DNA from: Phoronis australis
Lineage: Eukaryota; Animalia; Phoronida
Direction of reading: 5' to 3'
Length of the DNA: 35,152 nt
Assembly: GCA_002633005.1 (NCBI GenBank)
Contig: NMRA01000781.1
Coordinates: 7,469 to 42,620, forward strand
Shown here in pieces: positions 23,001-32,000 of this stretch (positions within the stretch are counted from its first letter, which is position 1; every line of letters begins with the position of its first letter). Below the pieces are notes generated by a model, which saw only the letters and a list, made by a program, of their open reading frames with translations, ran no database searches and was not told the origin of the DNA. Both the position numbers and the translations under genes were made by a program.

Positions 23001-26000
23001 TTCGATAGAGTTATGATTGCTATAAATAGAGATATGAGAACCAAAGAACCGTACCTTGATGTGGTAAGTGAACATTCATTTTGTCTATATCTCACGCCCT
23101 CTGTTGTAGAGTTAATGAAAGCACTATCAGGGATTCCCTAATGTCAGGGAGAATCCGGTAAGAGATCTGAATGCACTGCTGGTAGATCAAGTCCAGAATC
23201 TCTGTTTAACACTATTCAGCCCACCCTCTCATCACAGAAAGATGTGTCACCCACCCTCTAGAGGTGTGGTGTGATCTACAATAAAATTGTGGTGACTACA
23301 TACAATTATAATGGTGAGACTGGTCACCAGTTGTCTACCAGGATTAAGGATCATCCTAACCCAACCTCAGACCTATTACTACTGTACAAGAGCATGCCAG
23401 AGATCTATGTCACCAGATCTTTGATGAGGACTAAAGTATATTAAGTCTACTCCCAGAGAAGTGGAAACAGAGGGTACGGGATGCCATTGAGATCCAAGTC
23501 CACAGACCAATTATGCACAGAGATCCTGGACTTGATCTACCTGTAATGTATTCAGATCTGTTACAAAGTTCCCCAGACATTTGGGAGTCCCTGGTACTGT
23601 TTTTATTGTTTTGTTCTACAATGACAGAGGGCGCACCCCGTGGTGAATCAAGTTCATGAGATTTGGACGAAACGGCTCTACACTTAACACGTCAAGGTAC
23701 AATTCTTAGGTTCCAAAAGGGATCTTAATATTTTCATCATTTAAATGGAATCCAGTACTTGCAAATAGAGATATCTTATTGATAGACTTATTAACTCTTT
23801 CAATAGGTAGTATCACGATAAAGTTAGTAAGTCTGCAATAGAGCTAGCAAGTCTACAATAGAGCTAGTAAGTATACGATAGAGATAGTAAGTCTACGATA
23901 GAAGTATACGAGAGAACTAGTAAGTCTACGATAGAGATAGTAAGTCTACGATAGAACTATAGTAAGTCTACGATAGAACTATAGTAAGTCTACAATAGAA
24001 CTATAGTAAGTCTACGATAGAACTATAGTAAGTCTACGATAGAACTATAGTAAGTCTACAATAGAACTATAGTAAGTGTACGATAGAACTATAGTAAGTC
24101 TACGATAGAACTTTAGTAAGTCTATGATAGAACTATAGTAAGTCTACGATAGAACTTTAGTAAGTCTACGATAGAGTTAGTAAGTCTATGTTAGAGATGG
24201 TATCTATTAATAGGAACTCTTTTGATAGAGTTACAACTGGAGTAAAAAAAGTCTCTTGCAGTCCCATTTTGTAGCCACCATAATTTCTCCAGGTGAAACC
24301 TGATAATCAGTTATCTGGCTATACACGTTTTTGTGTATTCAATATTGATTAAGGTAAGACATGTTGTGAAGCATGCTCTTGCATATGTGCGTTTAGTATA
24401 CCCTTTGAGTATTACAAGTCATTATAAACATTAGTCAAACTCTTGACAGAAAAAGAGAGCAACCATTACGGGATACTCTCAATACTCCAAATGTGAAATG
24501 ATCAGAACGAGAGCACTACGTATATTCTTAAGGGTCCACAAGTATGCTGCCAATGCAGTACTTTATGGCGACTCAGATTGGCCAAATTCACACTACAAAC
24601 TACATGAAAATAGGCTAAGGCTCTGGAATCGTTTAGTTCTAATGGATGAAAGCAGAATTGCAAAAAAGTCTTTATGGGACCTTAAACATCGAAACCCCTG
24701 TAATTGGTCAAGTTCAATATTTAAAGTTATGGAGTAATGCGATTCTTTAGAAAATTTCAGGAAAAAATTGTGCCTCTCAAAAACTTCAAAACATTCAGGT
24801 TCTAGTTAGAAGAGTTAAACTGGTTAAAAATAATCATTGAGAAACCAAAACAGTGCTTATATAGGTCTGTTAAGAATGACTATTGTGTAGAAGAGTATTT
24901 GCATCTGCCGGTGTCTCAGAGGTCCGTCATAGCTCGATTGACAGGAGGTATTCTACCGTTAGAGGTTGAGGTGGGGCGGTACTTCGGAATTCCTGTGAAT
25001 GAACGGATTTGTCGTGTTTGCAAAAACGGAATTGAAGATGAAGTTCATTTCATTCTTGACTGTGAAAAATATGCTCACATTCGACCATTTTTTATACGGA
25101 ATTCTGCCCTACCTCAAATATTCCAAAGTAACTTGAAAAGTCTAGCGAAATTCATTCAAGACCCTTTGCAGCTTAGAAGTATTTGTTTATAAACTAGTCT
25201 GAAGTGGTCATATTTGAGCGTGTGCAATATGTTATGTAATGGTTTAATTATTATTAGGTGACTGAGTAAGCCCATTGAAGCTGGGGGGTGTGGTGAATAT
25301 TCTGTCTTTGAGACTGTATTTACTGGCACCCTTATGTGACTATAATAAATAAATAAAAAACTGGTCATATAATACTTCATGTGGTGTGGCAGACCAGACT
25401 TAGAAATAAAGTGACATAGGGCTAACAGCAGCAGGTCACAAAAGGTCTCAATGCACTTAAATGGTAAAATTTGTTAACACAGGTAGCTCAAAAATTATTA
25501 GTAGACATTACAATAGCATGACTCAATGGGTGTCATGTTCAAACTTCAGTGTATAAAATTACAGTGTTTTTGGTGATCTCATGTTAAATATTTCCAGAGT
25601 TCAAAAGAACATGTATGAAGGCTAGGAACTGGCTATGCTGTCTTGTGTTCAATAACTGGCAACGCTGTCTCGTGTTCAATAACTGGCAGCGCTGTCTCGT
25701 GTTCAATAACTGGCAGCGCTGTCTCGTGTTCAATAACTGGGTGGCAATGCTGTCTCATGTGCAATTAGAGTTTGGGGAGTATCTCATATGAAATACTGTT
25801 TTGATAGTAAAATTTTTTATTAGCTCTTGAAGTACCTGTCAAAGTTGAGAGAGCAAGCATAAAAAGCTGTCCACGAGCCTGTTCATGAATAATATACAAG
25901 CAAAGAAATACTATCACTTAACTTACCCCAGCTCCACTCACAGAATTAGTTTCATGGACTGCTGTAACAGAAGGGGATAGTCATTCCTGGCTGGGCTGTT

Positions 26001-29000
26001 CAGAATCTATAGAGGGTTATAAAACAATCATCTTACCAGCCAGCCCCTTGTTTCTTCAGTCCAACTGGAACAGTTGTATAATGTAGACTTATAGCTGGGT
26101 TCGCGAGGAACTGCTTTCACTGACCTTGCTGGTCAATTTCAAAAGGCCTATTGGGTGTGAATGTCACCCATTGCTTAAACCCTATGTAAACTTCTACTCC
26201 ACTATGCGGAATATATAACCCCTCCAAGCCCAATATGGCCATAGTTTGTGACATAGTGCCTTATTGCTAGATGGTGATGGGGTGATTGTTGAACATTTTT
26301 CTTCATGGATAGGGGGAGAAGTACCTGATCCGCATCATGAAGTTGCCTTGATTACGTTCGAAGGAAGACCGAGAACTGGGAAGGTCTGTGCCCCTCGATA
26401 ATTTGAATATGTGAAACTTGGAAGTGGCAACCGTGGGCATAGGGTGGGATGCAGGATGAGTCGAGAATAGGGATAGAAAAGCATGTAGCCATAGGTCAGT
26501 CAGTCAAGTTTAGAGAGCACATGTCAACTACCAGTGGATTTACCCTTTGGAGCCATGGCCTGCACATTTTTGTTATATGGTCCCTGTTTTTTTGTTCACC
26601 TATATATATATATATATATATGTGTGTATATATATATATACACATATATATATATATATGTATCACAACATTAAAGAGTTGTTTGTAAAAAAGTATTTCA
26701 CAATTTCACGCTCAATTTCATCACATTGCCATCATTAAATGTGTCATATCTGTGTGTGCGTTCATGTGCACATGTGTGTGTGTGCGTGTGCAGGTGTGAT
26801 AATAGAGGACAATTTCTTTATTTGTTTAGAACATGTTCTTTTCCCTTCTATGTGACTCAATGTTGTGGTGTTACAGTTTAACCTGGTGTGTGATCAGAAA
26901 TTTACGCTCACTACAGCCAAGATGCTCTTCTTTGCTGGTCGTCTGGTCGGTGCTTTTGCTTTTGGTCATTTGTCTGACAAGTAAGGATAATTTCTTCACT
27001 GTAATATTGTGCTGTTTGTTATTTCACCCTTCAATATTAGAAATATTCAATGGCTGCTTCTCTCCTGGGAGAACCATTGTTTCACTTGAGCCTTTATTGG
27101 TCTGAATAATATTCACATAAAGAACTTACGGTAAAAATTGTTCAGTTTGGTACATAATATTGTGGGCACTGTAAGGTTAAACTTTGTTTTGTCAAATTTC
27201 TCAACAAAAATAACTTTTCATGAAAATGTACTTTATTGCTTTTAGCATGGCTGGTATAGCATAGCTATTACTGAACATTTGATAAAATTTTGAGTATTTG
27301 CAACAATTGGTAACGCTCTGAAAAATAGAAATATGTCAGTTTTAGCAATTAGTTTTGTCCCAAATCGAAGACTTTTTACCGTAGCAGAGAAATAATGATG
27401 CGTTGATGTCATCTTCATTTAGACTCACGTTAGCTGTTTGCCAAGTTCTATTGAGTGGGTTGTGCATGCAGGAACTGTATTTTTAAAGGCGAAGGCACCT
27501 TTTTTCATGTCACTTTTAGCAAAAATAAGGTCTGTTGATTATCCCAGACATATTTTTCACTTACTTACAGCTTTTCGTAATTTAATTAATTTCTCGTCCT
27601 CTACTGCGGAAGTGACGTTTTGGGAGGCAAGAATTTCGCGCCAATTTCTTTTCATACAGTCAGACTCTGATAGCTGTCAAGTCAGTCATTGTTCTACCTC
27701 GGTTGTGATAAGTTCGGTCGTCGTTTGCTTTTGTTTACGAGTCAGTCAACATGCCACTCTGTTTGTTGCNNNNNNNNNNNNNNNNNNNNNNNNNNNNNNN
27801 NNNNNNNNNNNNNNNNNNNNNNNNNNNNNNNNNNNNNNNNNNNNNNNNNNNNNNNNNNNNNNNNNNNNNNNNNNNNNNNNNNNNNNNNNNNNNNNNNNNN
27901 NNNNNNNNNNNNNNNNNNNNNNNNNNNNNNNNNNNNNNNNNNNNNNNNNNNNNNNNNNNNNNNNNNNNNNNNNNNNNNNNNNNNNNNNNNNNNNNNNNNN
28001 NNNNNNNNNNNNNNNNNNNNNNNNNNNNNNNNNNNNNNNNNNNNNNNNNNNNNNNNNNNNNNNNNNNNNNNNNNNNNNNNNNNNNNNNNNNNNNNNNNNN
28101 NNNNNNNNNNNNNNNNNNNNNNNNNNNNNNNNNNNNNNNNNNNNNNNNNNNNNNNNNNNNNNNNNNNNNNNNNNNNNNNNNNNNNNNNNNNNNNNNNNNN
28201 NNNNNNNNNNNNNNNNNNNNNNNNNNNNNNNNNNNNNNNNNNNNNNNNNNNNNNNNNNNNNNNNNNNNNNNNNNNNNNNNNNNNNNNNNNNNNNNNNNNN
28301 NNNNNNNNNNNNNNNNNNNNNNNNNNNNNNNNNNNNNNNNNNCTCCTCTGCTCCACTTAGGAGGACCTCAGATCAGTCCTCCTCTGCTCCACTTAGGAGG
28401 ACCTCAGATCAATTCTCCTCTGCTCCACTTAGGAGGACCTCAGATCAATTCTCCTTTGCTCCACTTAGGAGGACCTCAGATCAGTCCTCCTCTGCTCCAC
28501 TTCGACACACTGGAATATCTTATCGCTTTTTCCACATTTTCTGTCGCCAAAAATGGCGATCTGAAAAACGACTTTTCGAGCTCTATGCTAGCGTAGTGAT
28601 CGAAGCAAATAACGGATTCGGATCTTCTGAATAGAATTGGCGCTTATTGTTTTGTGTTCTGTTATAAGAAAGAAAATTTTCATTTTACCTATCCAAAAAG
28701 CTTGTACGAATTAGTTTTTCCGATGCAAATATGTGTACGAACTATTTTTCCCTCGGACGCCTACTGTATGAACTTGGGAGACAAATGGCATGTTTCAAGG
28801 GTCCTGTACGAACTAATAGAGTGTACGAATTAATAGAGAAAACACCGTAAATTTTGACTTTGTAAAAGATTTATAATAAGTCTGGCATGAGCCTGACGTC
28901 TCATGAATAATAAAATTAGCCAAGTGCATGGATAAAGTATTTGTAATTCAATTGACGTGACTTTGTATTATGGTACAGAATAAAATGTTTTCTCTCTTTT

Positions 29001-32000
29001 GCTGTCTCTCTCCCTCACCCTCTCTTCCCTCTCCTCACCCTATCACCCACTTCGTCGCCCTCTCCCTCTTACTTCCCTGTCCTCAACCCCTCTTTGCCCT
29101 CTCCCTGTCCTTTTCTCTGACCTGCTCCATTGCCCTCTCCCTCATCCTCTCCCCTCTATTTCTCTGTCTTTAAACTATTCCTCGCAGCTCTGGTGTGACA
29201 TTACAAATGTTTTCTATTTTAACACATGTATAATTCTACTCCAGGTTTGGTCGTCGCCCAATCTTCTTCATTGCCGTAACACTTCAAGTGATCATTGGAT
29301 GTACGGCTGCCTTTTCACCTGTTCTGCCCTTCTTCTTGGTCCTTTACTTTCTACAGGGGGTAATGCAGACTGGCGTCTTCCTCGTCGCCTACGTGCTAGG
29401 TACCACACCTATATGTTTTCCTCTGTTATTAACATGAATTGGGTGCATTATTATGCGTCCACTTAATATTGTGGCTGCATATTGTTGTTATTCTGTCGGG
29501 ATGTGCAGGTGATAGGTTGGATATTCATGAAATTTGACAAAGGGGTGTAGAGCATCACTGGATAGATTCTGGTCACTTTTCAATCAGCCCTGTTCTCTGG
29601 GTCAAGAGGGATGTTTTTTAGAATTCGTTGAGGGAAGAGCATTTTTCAATGCAAACTAACTATAAAACACATGTAGTTGGCGCTATTTTTATTATTTTTC
29701 TAGTCCATTTTTAGCAGTCCACCTCTGCCTTTCAAACTGCTTGAAGGATCATATAGAAATTGGCAGATGTGTTCCAGCCAAGAGGACTGCAGCTGCCATT
29801 GATTTTTGCCCAAGTCCAACAACCCCTAATGGCAATTTTTGCTTTTTTGCATTCTCAGCTGCATCTCCGTAACTCCTTGCAAGATCTTTGTGATGCTTGG
29901 CAAGTCTGTAAATGACTACGGGTGACGATTTTTGGATGATCTGAACCCTACTGTGTCATTAGGGCGTTCTCCCGTTCAGTGACTTTACTAGACATAGACT
30001 GGTTGTGAGCATGTGATAACATCTAGCTTCTTTGTTAACTGCGGAGCACAGTCTTTTGTCTGGTAGGACAACATGCTGGCCAATTATCTACCAGCTTTAT
30101 TACCAACTAGGTGTGAACATACTAGTCAAACTCAGTGCAGTAGTACGTTTGAACAGAATAGATTGTCTTAAATTTGATTGTAGTTCGGCGATTTTGGTGA
30201 TTCAAAAACTAAACATGATCAGCGTATGACAAGGAATTCAGAGATGTTATTGGTTTATGTTCAAACATTTTATAACTTAACTTTTATTTTTTAAATGTAC
30301 AGCCCAGTCAGGCTAGATATGATCTTATGGGAGTTTAGAGCAATTACCGAACAAAAGAAAGCTGGCCCTCCAACCATAAATGCCAGAATAGAGTTAATAA
30401 GTGGTGTAAGATATTGGCTACAGGGGTCATCTGCCCAACTTGTTGTTGTGCTAATTACAACCGAATAAGTTGGACTTGAGGAGAGAACACTGTAATGCCC
30501 AAGTTTACATAGTTACCTCAGTCTGACAGATTTCATGGAATTTCACAAGTTATTAGGAGATAGCATGTTGCCATTTTGAGACAGATTCAATGTCGTCAGT
30601 GTACTACTTAGTGTCCATCATTTTAATTTACAAGGATTTTGGCGTCCAACTCTAATCTACCAAACCTCCATGAATCAGGTATATTCCTGCTGAGGAAACC
30701 GTGACTGATTTTCAATTGGGTCTGAGTACTGTGGTGTGCTATTTTGTTTTTTTTTTTTCATCTGCAGTTTTATCTTTTTATTCCCTTGCAAGATCTTTTG
30801 GAAATTCGGCAAGTATAATGTCCTGTGAATATTGTCAATAGATGGTATGCAAAATCAATTCCACTTCTAGTTAAAATCTATAGTTTTGTATATTTGGCTT
30901 TAAATAAAAAGACTTGTCAAGATTAGGTCCTACATAGCCCAAAGTAGTCAGTACAAAGCAGCAACGGATACTTTTCAGGTATGGAACTGGTGGGTCCAAG
31001 CTATAGAAAGATCACCGGTTTTGTCATCCAGGGGTTCTACAGTATTGGTTACATGCTTCTGGCTGGACTAGCATATGTCATCTGGGACTGGAGATACTTA
31101 GAAGTGGCTATCAGTGTACCTGGAGCTGTACTAATTGTTATTTACTACTGGTAGGTCACACATTGTCTTGGGTTCTGTTTCATGGAAATGTTGTCTTGCA
31201 CTCCACACAACTTTTTCTGAAAAATATTAAATCTCATTTGTGAAAAAGTGTAAAGTCTCTGAGAATAGACACACAACTGCTAGACTGGGATGTGATGAAT
31301 ATACTTGGTTGGCGGTAATTGTGACGTGTAAACGTGAGACCAAATTTGTGTTTTAAGTCATTTTCATGAAATTGACCCCTGGTGTTTCACTGAGTATAAA
31401 GCCGACGTTAATGGTCCTATCTGTCAGATTCCATTGTCCCAAACCACCTTTTTAGAAAGATTTGAGTAGAAAATAGATTAAGACTGTTTGTTTATTGATT
31501 GTTTGGGTTCTTCTTTTATCCATTGTTTTGCTATTTAAAAAGAAATAGCTAAAGTAGAGACTGCGAAATTTTGTTGCTTGATGCTCTCTTTTTCATTCCA
31601 AAACGGTTATTTTGCATGAACTGGTTGCCTTTGCAAATATCTATGAATACATTAAAACTGATTGTCTGTGCAGGTATACCTATGAATACATTAAAACTGA
31701 TTGCCTGTGCAGGTATACCTATGAATACATTAAAACTGATTGCCTGTGCAGATATACCTATGAATACATTAAAACTGATTGCCTGTGCAGTTATACCTAT
31801 GAATACATTAAAACTGATTGCCTGTGCAGTTATACCTATGAATACATTAAAACTGATTGCCTGTGCAGATATACCTATGAATACATTAAAACTGATTGCC
31901 TGTGCAGATATACCTATGAATACATTAAAACTGATTGCCTGTGCAGATATACCTATGAATACATTCAAACTGATTGCCTGTGCAGATAACTATGGCAAAT

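Noticed and set aside
27438-28634. Long ORFs of 204-398 aa
   Set aside because: Artefacts of reading through the N gap, flanked by a transposon end and a minisatellite.
28970-29466. ORFs 28970..29173 and 28999..29466 as genes
   Set aside because: They come from the CT-rich tract and an off-frame reading of exon 4.
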